In this document: piece by piece, positions 12,301-25,700 of the stretch
Position numbering within the stretch: position 1 is the stretch's first letter
Layout: each line of letters opens with the position of its first letter
NCBI RefSeq assembly: GCF_030028105.1
Contig: NC_092379.1
Coordinates: 23,863,821-23,927,820, forward strand
DNA from: Mobula birostris
Lineage: Eukaryota
Length of the DNA: 64,000 nt
Reading direction: 5' to 3'
Translations under genes and position numbers: made by a program
Notes under the pieces: generated by a model
The model's database searches: none
The model's input: the letters and a program-made list of their open reading frames with translations, nothing else
What the model was told of the DNA's origin: nothing

Positions 12301-13576
12301 GGACGAAAGTGACCCTGATATGATCTGACACACTGCGGAAGCAATTGCCGATTTGGGGAAGGCGCTGGCATATTTTGTGTTTGCAGATGTCAATGAAAAA
12401 CGAATTGGTTTAATCGGAATAAATTCATCAAAATATTAAAAGAAATGAACAGCATAGTTGCCACGAATCAGTCTGACAGAATTTGGTTAAAGGTCATCGA
12501 TGTGAAACAGTAACTCTGTTTCTCAAACCACATATGTTCCCTGAGCTGCCCAGTGTTGGCATTGCAGGAGGCCATTCGGGTAGATTTGCAGACGAAGATC
12601 TCATGCATCCCAGGACCAACAGGTGGTGAGTGCGTTTTGTCTGTATCTGAGTTCCTTGTGTGCTTTAAAAAAAAACACCGATCAAACTGACCGCCGGGAT
12701 CTGGGGTGAAACGGGGTGCTTGAGATGCATGTGGTATCTCAGAAGAAACATGCAACGAAATTACGTTTGAGTATTTGTTCAAAATAATCGAGGGTGAATC
12801 AACCGATCGGGTGAGCTTCGATCTGATTGTTATCTGTATTGTATCAACTTGAAATAGCGGGTAACCTGAACAACAGTCAGGTAATTTTAGTTAGTCATCA
12901 TCTAGACTCTGGGCTTTGCTGGTAAAGTCAGAGTGAATTATACACCTGGGTCGCCATTCAGAGAGCCTTTGGATGCAAACACATTGATAGGCCAGGAGTT
13001 ATGAAAAAGCTCGTAGGGTAACGCTGAGAGAGTTCTTTCCTCAAGGATATCAGTAATTCTGAAAGGAAATCCTTACTAATGGAGAGACTTAAAAAATACA
13101 AATTGCTGAGCTGTTAGAAATCTGAACGCCTATCCGAATCTGTTGCAGATCATTTGATGTGAGTTTAAATTTGAAAGATTTGTTTTAGTGGCATTCGTGG
13201 ACTGTTCTGCCATCCTCTACGCTACTCATCTGATTTAATTTGCTGCCCTATTCTCCATCGTCCGAAATCCAACGTTCTGCTTTCCCATTTGTTTATTGTA
13301 TAGATCGTGTCCGAGAAAACCTTTCTCCTTCGAAAACATCACAAGAACTTCCTGTATGTTTGTTATCACTTTAAAGTTTATTGACCTGTTGTGTGCAGAA
13401 TGGCTCCACATTCTCTGCTCTGCAACAGGGCCGTATTTTGCAACTACGCCATTGCCCTTGAAGTGTTCGGGTACAACGTAAGGTACTCTGTAAATATCAA
13501 GTCTGTACCTCACAACTACTCTTACCGACTTGCTGGTATATCTGGTTTCACGCCTTGGGAAATGTTTCATTGCTGA

Positions 13577-14104
13577 TGTATTGCATTGTGTTTAGTTTAT
13601 GACTAGAGATAAACGGGGCTTTGTAATGTGCGGCCTCCAGTGAGGGGGATGGTGTACGTTAGAGTGTGACAGAGAGCGAGAGACTTCGCGGGCTTTTGTT
13701 CGGGTGAAGATGGAGAGAGAAGATGCCAGAAAGGGAAGTCGTAGACTGCAGGACAGAGTTGACCGGGAATGTGGTTGGGAGTCGACGACGTCCGGGTGAA
13801 ATCAATGGAGAATGAACAGACAGGAAAACAGCGAGCTGCATCGTGCGCCTCAGACTGCTTCATTAAACTGGGCCCTTTTTCTTTTTCTTTTCTTTACTAA
13901 CCCTAGAGTCGAATTCAGAATTATAAACCTCAATCGTTTAATTGCGAACTGTGTAATGTTTGTTATTTCGAGGTTCTGATTCGTAACAGAGGAACACATC
14001 ACGCAGCATCCACACAAACAAGACTTCCCAAGTTGCACTGGCCGGAGTCTGTAGTCCCCTAGACTAACGCCACTGGTCGAACCTGAGGGTTAATCTGCTT
14101 TATG
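13577..14104 (+). mobile_element. Solo LTR (Gypsy-like), shared with 39412-39942
   Basis: TG start, degenerate CTGA/CTGC TSD, motif order similar to the 20753 LTR; absent in a-type spacers. Confidence 0.6.
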
Positions 14105-15039
14105 TGGAAGCACTTGTTAAACGAACCCACTCAGTATGGAGGACGGCAAGGAATTATAGAGTCGGATCTGTCTGTGAACTGAGAGCAAGCAGTTCTTTTG
14201 AACAGCAAACTTCAATTCATGTCCCGTGAGTGTATGATGGGACAGGTTAGGGGAAGTTTCACTCTTTGTTTACAGTCTAACGCCCCTGCACTGGCTGGGA
14301 TGGGTGATGCAAAGGAATCTTTGTAAGTACATTGTTTACTCTGGGGTGCTCGATAGAATCCCTATGAGGCAGAATTACGTAGATACACAGAATTAATACT
14401 GATTCCATTCAATGACAGAGCAGAGAGTGTGGCCATTCATCCGGTAGTGTTTCTGCTACCAATAGTTGATCTCTCTGCTCTGCTCTGTTTCATTACGAAA
14501 ATCAGATCTCCACCAGTTCTCTCTCTACACTCACAATCAGACATCACGGTCATTCAGTCAGTGTGTTTCAGATCACAACCGTTCATCAATAAGCGTTCCC
14601 TTAAATGGACTCCTATCACACATTAATGACTTGAGAGCCACATTCCCCACACTACCTACACTATTCCCAACCGCCATCCGCCAGCGCAAGGATGCCTGGA
14701 ATTTACGAAGGCCTTGTGTCTTCATTTCCCTCCCTTAATATTTCTATACCACATTCCCACTGCCTGCCCAATTCCAAAATTTATTCCCCATGTAGAACAT
14801 CTGCACACCCATCAGGGCGTAAAACTAAAATCTTAAATCCGTCAATTAATCTACAGATACCATAGATACATCCTGGGACAGACCTCACGCTGAACATTAC
14901 ATGATGGAGCTGACACCGACCTGTAGCTTGGGCTGTTGGAGGCAGTATAACAGAACTGAGTATGGGCCAGCATTGATTAAGAAACACAAGAAGATGTTGA
15001 CTGCAACAGGAATGTAAGGAAGGCCAACCTAATGACTGG

Positions 15040-15304
15040 AGACAAGGGAAACCGCACATAAAAGCCAGGACAAACAGGCTACGGGACAACTTTTTCCACC
15101 AGGACACCAAACTGCTTAATTCATGCTGACGCAAATCTATTTCTATGTTATATTGACTATCCTGTTGTATATAATATTAATTATAAATTATTATAATTGC
15201 ACATTGAACACTTCAACGGAGACTTAACATAAACATTTAAGTATGTCCTCATGTATATGAAGGATGTAAGTAGTAAAGTTAATTTATTTCAATTCAGTTC
15301 AATT
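15040..15304 (+). mobile_element. Rex1/Babar-like LINE 3' end abutting J (copies at about 7030-7103, 40840-41091, 44780-44855, 55080-55328)
   Basis: KARTNRLRD-FF...LLNSC* motif and (TCAAT)n tail ending at the J 3' end. Confidence 0.75.
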
Positions 15305-15385
15305 CAAGATACCGTCAGCGTGGTCCCTCCTCGTAGGCAAGATATTCACACTGCTCTGTCTCTCCATTCACCCGAGGCAGTAACT
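15305..15385 (-). pseudogene. JH relic with 23-bp RSS, unit II (b-type)
   Basis: TAT CTT GCC TAC GAGGAGGG ACC ACG CTG ACG GTA TCT (YLAY...GGTTLTVS) with the same 4-nt deficit. Heptamer CACACTG, 23 bp, nonamer GCAGTAACT. Confidence 0.8.
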
Positions 15386-15706
15386 TCACTTGTCCGCCAC
15401 ATCCACTAGTGTCAGAAAAGTGTCAACATGATCCCCGACCGGAAGCAGCTACTTCCTGGAATTTTATCTGAAATTCCTAGCATGTTCCTTCCTGGCCTGT
15501 GAATAAAAGTATTTTCACAGCATTCCTATCTGCGGACACCGGTTCCCGCCATTCCGCAGAATTAGACTTGAAGCCATTTGGGCTTATACTTGCCCAGAAC
15601 ATTTGCCTTAACAGTCTAAGTCAGCCTTTAGGGATTTGACTCTGGGAGGCAGTAATGCGGAATTCGTGGAGATAGACTGCGGTGCAGACTCCCATTTGTC
15701 GGGACC

Positions 15707-15770
15707 AGTTTTTGTCCAGCTCCCCATCACCCTGGTGCATATCACGTTGCTTTACTGCAGGTCATAATTC
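15707..15770 (-). other. D segment (ATATGCAC) with 12/12 RSS; 3' heptamer defective (CAGGGTG), unit II
   Basis: Same layout as the unit I D. The J-facing heptamer has lost the essential CAC. Confidence 0.75.
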
Positions 15771-16557
15771 GACTTCGTCATATCCAGCCCCAAATCTAGA
15801 GGATTGCCGATCCACGCCCCTCCCCCAGCAGATTTATTAAACCCACCCTCAGGGTCTTGACGTCCCACACAGGGGGTCTGAATCTCAGCCATTCCAGTCC
15901 TGAAGTGGAGATGATATAACCAACCGGACCTTTCTCTGGGCTTCAGCTGACAGTTCCTTCTCTGTAGTTCCGATCGCATCGAGACTCATTTCTAGTGAAA
16001 CATGTACCCATTCCCGGATTATGCACTCGTGATCTGATTTATATCCATGGATGCCAGGGTAATGGCCGGCAGAAGCGAACGAAGAGCGTGATTAGAAGTG
16101 TTTTGTTGTAATAGATATGGAGGACAGCTAACTCTAACACTGATGCACGCCAAAATATAGCCGTAGGGATAAACTGATGTACGATACTTTCGCCCCTTTC
16201 ACTGCCTCTCAGCATTGTCACTCCTCAGCCAAACTGCACTGCAACACCAAAGCGTCTCTGATCATTAATGTCTCTCAAAGCCCAACCATTTACTGTCACG
16301 GGTAGTCAAAGGACCGACGACTGACAATGTGGATCGGTGAGCCCATTCCCACTCACGGCGCTTGGCTACTAGCTGCCGTCCGAAGTAATCCGCTGCGCCC
16401 CTCGGCCCATGCATCCAGCATCCCTTCTGGGGAACCCACTCTAAGAACGCGCCTTCCATTGCGTGGACGAGCGGATATAGCCCAGAAGGACCGGATTACG
16501 GCTGTGACGATCACTGCTGCCCTGTCCTTCGCGCCCTCAGGGTCGGCGCTCTCGCTG

Positions 16558-16610
16558 GGTTTTTGTCCCGGTCCAGTCCCGGTCTCTCTCACTGTGTCTC
16601 TCGCACAGTA
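16558..16610 (-). pseudogene. Truncated V remnant (TAC TGT GCG AGA GA) with intact 23-bp RSS, unit II
   Basis: CACAGTG at 16596-16590, 23-bp spacer, ACAAAAACC at 16566-16558. V homology stops abruptly at 16610. Confidence 0.9.
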
Positions 16611-16903
16611 AAAAAAAACATAAATAATTAAATAGTAATATGTAAATTATGCCAGGAAATAAGTTCAGGACCAGCCTATTGGCTCAGGGTGTCTGACCCT
16701 CCAAGGGAGGAGTTGTAATGTTTGACGGCCACAGGCAGGAATGACTTCCTATGACGCTCTGTGTTGCATCTCGGTGGAATGAGTCTCTGGCTGAATGTAC
16801 TCCTGTGCCCACCCTGTACATTATGTAGAAGATGGGAGACATTGTCGAAGATGGCATGCAACTTGGACAGCATCCTCTTTTCAGACACCACCGTGATAGA
16901 GTG
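16611..16903 (-). mobile_element. Rex1/Babar-like LINE 3' fragment replacing the unit II V gene
   Basis: RLIPPRCNTERHRKSFLPVAVKHYNSS is a typical Rex1/Babar ORF C-terminus. Confidence 0.75.
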
Positions 16904-19180
16904 CCGGCGGCGGCGGTGCAGGCGGAAACAATAGGGTGCTTTAAGAGAGCCGTGGATAGGTACATAGAGCTGAGAAAACTAGAGGGCTATGGGTAAGCCT
17001 AGGTATTTCAAGGGTAAGGACATGTTCGGCACAGCTTTGTGGCCCGAGGAGCCTGTATTATGCTGTAGGTTTTCTGTGTTTCTATGAAAGGCAGAAAACC
17101 CCGTCGAGAACGAATGAGAGATACCAGTCAGTGGACAGGGTTAGCCCAGAAATACAGGGCTCAGAAACACCAACCAATGGAAAAATATCATCTTGTGAGA
17201 CCGACGTGTGAGACATCAATTAGTGGAGAGCGATTTCCTTGTGAGACAGGAACGGCGATACTCGTCCATGGACTGGTTCCCCTTAGATACAGCGACTGAC
17301 AGTATAATCAGTGGACAGATATCCCCCGAGAGTCAGAGCCTATGAGACATCAGTTAGTGGACAGATATCTCTCCGAGTGACAGGGACTGAACACACATTT
17401 CACTGGGCAGATATCCTCCTTAGGGACACGGATCGAGAGACACGGTACAGTGCACGGAAATGTAATAAGTAACAAAACGAGTTGCTCTACAGTTTTCTAT
17501 CTGCACCCACACCACGAAAATCGATATAAAGCACAGATCCCTACGTGGAAAAGGATGTAATATTTTCTGAGAGCAAATGATCTTTATCAGAGAACTGACA
17601 ACATGAATTTCAGCGCCAATTCCTGGGCACGTCCCCCCTCAACATTATTAGAAATCTGTTTGACCTGTTTCAGGCGGTGGGAGGAACAGAATCATCGATG
17701 CAGGGAGCTCAGGTGCAGAAACCATTAACAGGAGAAGTAGTTGTGGCTTATACAGTACACTCCTCAGCAGGTTAGCAGGCAAATATTGCTGTATCGGTCA
17801 TTATAAATGGAAAGTCACCGGGGAGGGAATCCAAGGTACAGATCATAAGGGTGTGTTTTGTTTGCCCACATTGGTGATGGCAGTACTGCGTGTCCCAAAC
17901 CTTGCACCTTCACTCAAATATAAACCGCGCTGATAGAATTACTAATCAAACCAAAGCTCACCCCTACGCAGGTATATTTCAGTCATTAAGCAGGTTTCAT
18001 TTCTGGACAAATCAGTACAGTATCCGCAGATAATGAAGTACTTTCTGAAGTGGATCAGTGTTGTGACTGAAGAAAGGTGGGTTCCAAATTACATATAACA
18101 ACCTCTCTGAAATATCATTGGCGTATAAAGAGATTCGGCATTCTGTGATGCTGTTTCAGGGATTAATGTTGGGATAGACAGCGGAGAACATTCCAAAACA
18201 TTGATGTCCACCCGACACAACAGCCCCATCATGGCAGTAATCAAAATAGCGAACCTCAAAAGGACCACATCATTGTGGTAGGGGTTGGAGGCTTGCCTGC
18301 TTCAGTGACTCGCAGATCAATGTTGGCTGGTGCTAGAACATTGTGATTTGGTTTTTGGCAGGGTTACCCATGACAAGCAGCTCAGAGGTTAGAGCCCAGA
18401 TTAAGAGTGGTCCATTGATCTTCCAGGATCGGGTGTTATGCACAATGTTACCAACACTGACTGCACAAAAAATGTTCTTTAAAACTTAATATAAATTATA
18501 TCTGTGTGTGACGGCATTTCGGAATCTCCAACCAGGATTTGCAAGACGGACAGGAATGAAAACTGAGAAGAGGCTACAGTCACTATGAAGGAAACCCCGA
18601 ACATGGTCATGATCAAGAGCAAAATTGTTTTTCGAAATGTTTGAACTATGTCTGGCTAAGTTATCATCATTCCACCTACTCTCTTCCCTCGCCTCCCATA
18701 GTTGCCTGGGGTACATCACAGCCAGTCCCTAGCTTGATGCTTTCCAAAACCTCCAGCAGATTCTCTTTCTTTATATCTATATGCTCAAGCTTTTCAATCC
18801 GTTGTACGTGTTTTCCGTAGTGAATACTGAAACAAAGTATTCATTAAGTGACCCACTTTTTTGCCATATGCAAGACCTCACCTCTTTTCTAAAATGACGA
18901 GAACTGTTCGCAATACCCAAAATGCTACGCCAAGAGCAATCCACCGGTCTTCTAGGTACGGTGGCGGGAGTTCAGCTCAAGGCCAACAGCTCTGACATGT
19001 GTAAAGATAAGAAAGTGACCCCTATATAAAGTGACGCACTTGGAGAAGCACTTGCTGCGTTGGGAATGGCCACGTGATGTTTTGCTGTTTGAGAAGTGAA
19101 CGAAAAACAAGTTGGTTACATCAAAATATATTCGGTAAAATAAAACTGGAAAAAGTTTAGTTGCAAAAAATCAGACTTAC

Positions 19181-19420
19181 AGGTTTCGTTGAAAGGGCAT
19201 TGATGTGAGCTAGTAACTCTGTTTCTCAAACCACATATGTTCCCTGAGCTGCTCAGAGTTGGCAGTGCAGAAGGTAGAATAACGCAAGTCGGGCAGATTT
19301 GCAGCCGAAGACATCCTACATCCTGGGAACAACAGGCGGTGACTACACTTTTGTCTGGATCAGTTGTCCTCGTGTACTTTACAGAAAAAGCACCGATAAA
19401 ACTGACAGCAGGGAGCTGGG
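19181..19420 (-). pseudogene. Candidate decayed Ig constant-domain-like exon (paralogs near 5.4-5.6, 43.0-43.3, 52.9-53.1 kb and diverged copies)
   Basis: TTCAG acceptor to GTAAGT donor, 240 nt, phase 1-1, open in this copy (xQLPAVSFIGAFSV...SVVTACC...LPTLSSSGNIC...CPFNET). Only loose resemblance to shark CH1; other copies carry stops or shifts. Confidence 0.3.
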
Positions 19421-19562
19421 CTGAAGTGGGGAGCTGGATGTGCGTGCGTCAGATTCGAAGAAACTTGCAACGAAATAACATTAAGGTATTTCTACAAAAT
19501 CATCGAGGGTGAATCACCAGACCAGAAGAGATTCTGTCTGATTGTTGTCTGTATTGTATTAA

Positions 19563-20654
19563 GGATCTAGACCTGTGTATTTACATAAGATATCGCGTAG
19601 AGGATCGATGTTTGACTTGAGACGCCTTGCTGCAAAGACCAATACGTTGAGGAAGCTCATCACTGAAGCACTGTTTGCTGATGACTGTACCCTCATGGCC
19701 CACCGGGAGAACCAGCTGCAGACGATTGTCGACAAATTCTCCGCAGCCTCAAAACTGTTCGGCCTGCCAATGAGCCTCGGTAAGATCGAAGTTCTCCTAC
19801 AAACTGCAGTAAACAGTAACACTCCTCAGCCATGCATCACCATCGACGGCACTGTCCTGAAGAACGTGGAGAGCTTCAAGTATCTAGGAAGCACCATCTC
19901 CAGTGACGGAGCCCTTGACAAAGAGATCACAGCAAGGATCCAGAAAGCAGCCAGGTACTCGGAAACTCTGAAGCACTCGGGAGCAGAAGGACATTCAGCT
20001 TTCAACCAACCTCAAGGCGTATAAGGCTGTAGTCCGCACCTCTCTCCTGCACGGCTGAAAAACCTGGACCCTGTACCGCAGGCACATCAAACGGTTGAAA
20101 CAGTTTCACATGTGCTCTCTGCGGTCGATAATGAGGATTCGATGGCAGGACCGAATCACCAACCAGGAAGTCCTTGACAGAGCCAACAGCACAGGCATTG
20201 AGGCGATGATCCTCCAGGCCCAGCTATACTGGACTGGCCATCTAATTCACATGAGTGAAACAAGAATCCCCAGGCAGCTGCTCTACGGTGAGGTTGAGTA
20301 TGGCACTCGCAACCAAGGCCGCTCCCAAAAAACGATTCAAAGACAATCTGAAATCGTACATCAAATGGGCAAACCCCCAGCCTCGACAACTTGAGGAGTC
20401 CGCAACCGACAGGGCTGCGTGGCGTGCCCTGACCAAAAAGCGTCATCTGACTTTGAGAATGACCGAAATCAGTGCCTTGCAGCAGCACAAGACCGACGCC
20501 ACAAAGCTGTGTATGCACCAGTTCTAACAACCGCCATTCCATGTCCAACCTGCAACCGCATGTGTGCTTCGGCTTCGTCCTCCGAAGCCACATGTGTATC
20601 CACAGATGACTGCACAATGTTGAGTCTTCCTCGGACACAGAGAGATAACCACCA
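19563..20654 (+). mobile_element. RTE-clade LINE, 5'-truncated
   Basis: ALFADDC, FKYLGSTIS, RIPRQLLYGE and C-terminal CPTCNRMC. ATTAA target duplication. Confidence 0.9.
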
Positions 20655-21433
20655 ATTAATTTGACAGAACTTCGGGTGGCTTGAAGAATAGATGGGGAGT
20701 TTTAGTTATTCATCTTTTGGGCTGTGGACTGTGCCGGTAAAGTCAGAGTGAATGTACGGTGTCTTTCTTTTGTTACATTTAAAATGGCGATTTTGTTATG
20801 TTAATCTGGGGAATGCGGCTTTGTTGTGCTTTAACGCTGTAGAGAGTTTGCGCTAGCAGTTTGTTTTAATTAAAAATGAGATAACAGGGTTCTATTAGCC
20901 AATGGATGGTTCTGTATCGTTTTGTTTTCGGATACCATGCTGTATGATATGACTGTGGACTGGGTTTTGGCGGGGAGTCGGAGGAGAGACGAGGAGGACC
21001 GCGGACGTGTGAAGAGGCTCCGGTCGATCACTCAGAGTGGTCCCGAGCCGTGATTCGACGGAATTCGGGTGGTCGTCTGAAGTCGAATTGAGCTCCAACG
21101 TAGCGCGCGAAGAACTTGGACTTTGATAAATGTTGGCGCCTTTTTTGTTTCATTACTTTCCTCTCTGTATCAAATGTATATTAATGTCATAGAATTAGTA
21201 ATATCTATAAAGTTTATTTGTTGAAATTTACTGGGTGTGCTGGCTGATGGTTGATGTTTGTGATTGATTCGGGCGGCAACCGACCCTGTGGGGAGTGTTC
21301 AGACGGGTGCTGGGCTGGATTTCCTCTAGACATACACGAGCCAATATAACTGAACGTTACAAGTGGGGGCTACCGTCCTGGATTTGGACTTTTCGGGAAA
21401 GTTGTACTTGTCGTTGTGGTAAGTGGTGTGAAG

Positions 21434-22681
21434 ATGGATCGAGATAAGATTGTAAGTTGGTGTGAATTGGAGGAGGTCCCGGTGAATCATGCATGTGTGG
21501 TATGCGGGGTCGATTATCGCATTCCGGCAAAGGTACTGGTGCGAGGGTTGAGTTTGATTAAAGGTATCGGGCAGGTAGAACTTGTAGCTAGAAGGGGTGG
21601 GAAAGAACTGGAGGCTAGCTGGATGTTGGTGCGGACGAGTGCCGACGTCATGACTTTGGAACTACCAGCGACAGTGAGGAGGTGCCGGAGGCTGAGGAGC
21701 TAGATGAGGCCCCAAGGGAGGTGCCGGTAGCCAGGGGTGAAGGTGTGGAGTGGGAAGGTTTGGCCAGGCCCGGCCCCCATGGGCGGTATGAGACTGCCGA
21801 GTTAACGGCTGCCATTACCTCACTGGCGAGAAGGGTTGAGGGGCACCGCCCGAAGCTGAGAATTTTCTCGGGAGCCAAGCCCACCCCGGAAGGGGAGGAT
21901 GACTATGATACCTGGGTTGAAAATACATCCCAATTGTTAGAGGTGTGGCCAGTTTCGGATGAGGAAAAGAGACAGCAATTAGTGGAAAGTTTAAGGGGCG
22001 GGGCGGCCCGGGTGGTCCGCGATATGAGAGCGGCACGCCCCTTGGCTTCCCTATCGGAGTGTTTGGAGGAAGTGTTTGGACTGTCAGGGGATCCCTGGCG
22101 GCATTTAGCGGAGTTTCAACGGATGGCGCAGAGAAGAGGGGAAAAGCTCTCAGACTATGTTTTCAGGCTGGAAGGAAAGCTTACGGGGTTGCTGCGACGA
22201 GGGGTAATGAAGGAGGACGAAGTGGCGGAGTTAAGGATGAGTCAGATATATAGCGGTTCCCGGGAGGATGACAGCGGCTGGGAGTGTACGGCAGTCATTT
22301 AAGCAGAGCCCCCCTCCATCATTCGGACAGCTGATCCGAGAGGTACGGGCCGAAGAGTGTGCTTTAGGCCGACCAGGGGGCTCGGAACCTCAGGGACGGT
22401 CTTCAGCGGTTCAGAAGGTGATAGCCGGGGTGAGACCAGAGAAAACCAAGGGGTCTCCGGGGGGCCGTATAGGGAGGAGAGAGGCGGCGAGTAGTGGGTG
22501 CTGTAACTGTGGGAGAGAGGGGCATTTCCGCCGGGAATGTGAGTGGCCGGGGGCGTGCTACCGCTGTGGGGAATTTGGCCACTTGCGGAAGGATTGTGAG
22601 AGACGAGTTGCGCCGAGGGGGGTGGGCCCCCGGGCTACTAAGAAGGAAGAGGTGTCGGGAAACTTAGGAGAGGCTCAGTGA
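21434..22681 (+). pseudogene. Gypsy gag, PNMA-like, with two CCHC zinc knuckles (frameshifted)
   Basis: LRIFSG...EDDYDTWVE...EKRQQLVESLRG; CCNCGREGHFRREC and CYRCGEFGHLRKDC. Confidence 0.85.
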
Positions 22682-22737
22682 GGGAACGGACTGGGGTCTC
22701 GGGAGGAACACGTTCCCAGAAAACCGCTATGGAACCC

Positions 22738-25700
22738 CAGAAAGAACAAGCCCAAATTCCTGATGGACTGGTGGGACCCCGTTCCAGCGTGTCCCTACGG
22801 ATAGAGGGAATCTTTGCGAAAGCCATCCTTGACACCGGGTGGCCGGTTACCTTACTGCACCGGTCGTTCTACAACAAATATCTGAAACATTTGGCAGTCA
22901 CTCCGTTTAACGCATTGGAGATTTGGGGCATAAGGGATGGTGATTACCCGTACGATGGATACTTGTCAGTGAGATTTGAAATTTTCGGAGGGAGATGTGG
23001 GAGTAACGGAAGCCTTTGAGACGCTGGTGTTGGTTTGTCCGGACCCGGTGGAGACCGGTGGTGCTACCCTGTTGGTGGGGACTAACTCCCCTCTGGTGTG
23101 ACGGCTCTTGGGAGCCTGTAAGAAGAAGGGGGGGGGGGGAGGAGAACTTTCTGCAGACCCTCTCGGTACACCCCGTGTTCCGAGCAGTGTACGAAGGAGT
23201 GACTGATCCCCAGGGGCTGGATCCTGAGTGCAAACGTGGGACGGTGTGGTGCACTCAGGCGAGGCCTAAGGTGATACGGCCAGGGGAGGCGGCATTAGTG
23301 ATGGGGACCCCAAGGTTCCCCGGATTACAGCCGGGCGAGGCCCTGCTAGTAGACGTCCCCGACGACCTGGAAAGGGAGTCCCGGTTCCCGGCTGGGGCGC
23401 TAGTGAGACCTGAATTGCAGAGGCCCTCAGCTGTACAGGCACGGCGGATGGGGGTGATGGTAAGGAACATAACGGAGAGGGAGATCACCTTCAAGCGCGG
23501 GATGCTCCTCGTGCACTTGTTCCCGGTGACGGTGATGTCCAGCGCCCCCGTGAAGCCCACTGGAGGGAAACTATTGGGAAACGGGGGGCGGCTGACCGAG
23601 GAGGCCTTTAATTTTGAAAACTCCCCTGTACCGCCGGAGTATAAAAGCAGGCTGGTGGAGAAGATGCTGAAGTTAGGGGGTGTCCTTTCTCAGGACGAGT
23701 TTGATGTGGGGTGTTCCAAGAGCACTCGGCACACCATTTGGGTAACAAATGACACCCCGTTTAGCGAGAGGTCGCGGCGGTTGGTCCCAGCAGATGTGGA
23801 AGATGTGCGGCAGCACTTGCGGCTGTTGAAAGACGCAGGGATTATTGTGGAGTTCCGAAGACCCTATGCGTCCCCCATAGTGGTGGCAAGGAAGAAAAAT
23901 GGGAAGGTACGCATGTGCGTGGACTATAGGACCCTGAACCGCCGCACTGTTCCCGATCAATATACGGTCCCGAGGTTGGAAGATGCCTTGGCCTGTCTGA
24001 GTGGTGCACAGTGGTTCAGTGTATTGGATTTGCGGAGTGGGTATTACCAGATTCTGATGAGCGAGACTGATAAGGAGAAGACAGCCTTTATCTGCCCCCT
24101 GGGGTTTTTCCAGTTCGAACGAATGCCCCAAGGCATCTCGAGGGCCCCAGCCACCTTGCAGCGGCTCATGGAGCGGACAGTGGGGGACATGAATCTGCTG
24201 GAGGTATTGGTGTACCTGCACGACCTGATAGCTTTGGATCTACGTTGGAGGAACATGAGGAGCGGCTGCTGAAGGTGCTGAGTCGGCTGAAGGAGGAAGG
24301 ATTAAAACTTTCCCTGGATAAATGTCAGTTCTGCAAAACGTCAGTCAGTTATGTTGGGCACATAATCTCGCGAAATCGAGTGACCACCGATCCGGATAAG
24401 ATAGCCGCACTCACCACCTGGCCGAGACCTCAGAAGTTGAGGGCCTTACGCTCGTTTTTGGGGTTTTGCGGATATTACCGGCGGTTCGTGAAAGGATATG
24501 CGAAAATGAGTCATCCATTGAACCAGCTGCTGTGTGGCTATCCATCTGTGGGGAAGAGGAGGAAGGGAGACGGAAGGTCGGAGGTAGGAGGATACTTGAA
24601 CCCGGGAGAGCCTTTTGGATTGAGGTGGGATGCTCAATATGAGGAGGCGTTCCAATCTCTAAAAAGGGCGCTGACGCAGGCCCCAGTGTTGGCATTTACT
24701 GATCCCCAGAAGCCGTATGTTCTACACACTGATGCCAGTCACGACGGTCTGGGTGCTGCTCTGTACCAGGAACAGAGAAACGGATTGAAGCCGGTAGCGT
24801 TTGTCAGTCGGAGTTTTTCGCCATCTTAGAGAAACTATCCCACTCAGAAGCTGGAGGTCTTGGCGTTGAAATGAGCGGTGGTGGACAAGTTGAGTGACTA
24901 CCTATATGGGGCCCAGTTTGAGGTGAGAACTGATAACAATCCCCTCACTTATATTCTGACCTCGGCGAAGCTGGATGCTACTGGGCACTGGTGGTTAGCA
25001 GCCTTGTCTGCCTATGAGTTCAGCCTGAAGTACCGCCCGGGGAGTCGGGACAACGATGCAGATGCCCTGTCTCGTCGGGCGCACGACGAGTCAGGCACGG
25101 CCGAGCAGTGGAAGAGTGTCCCCTCCCAGCGAGTAAAGGCCATGTGTCAAGTTGGGTGCGACGGGGAAGCAGGAGCACAGATGGGAATGGATCGGGCAGT
25201 AGATCAACTGTGGGCTGACGATGACGCGCTACCCACTGTTTACTGTAATGTGACTGCTCTGAGGAACAGGCAGCTGCCGGAGTTGAGTCCCCAGGAAGTA
25301 GAGGCGGCTCAGCTTGATGACCGAAGCATTGGCACTATCTGGTACGCAGTTAGCCGGGGTGATATGGGGCAGGTGGAGAAGGCGAAACATGACTCCGTTC
25401 CCCTACTACTGAAGGAGTGGCCCCGGTTGAAGCTGAAAACCACGTCCTGTACCGGGTCACGTCGCCTCCGGACCATCCCCGGCGCTGGCAGCTGGTCATG
25501 CCTGAGAAGTATCGGAAGACTGTGCTCCAGGCTCTACATGATGATTCCGGGCACTTTGGGGTAGAGAAGACCTATGGATTAGTCAAGGACCGGTTTTACT
25601 GGCCCCGGATGGGTGGGGGGGGGCGGTGGAAGAATACTGTAAGACCTGTAGCCGTTGCATCAGGAGGAAGACCTTGCCTGCGCAGGCGGCCCCGTTATCC

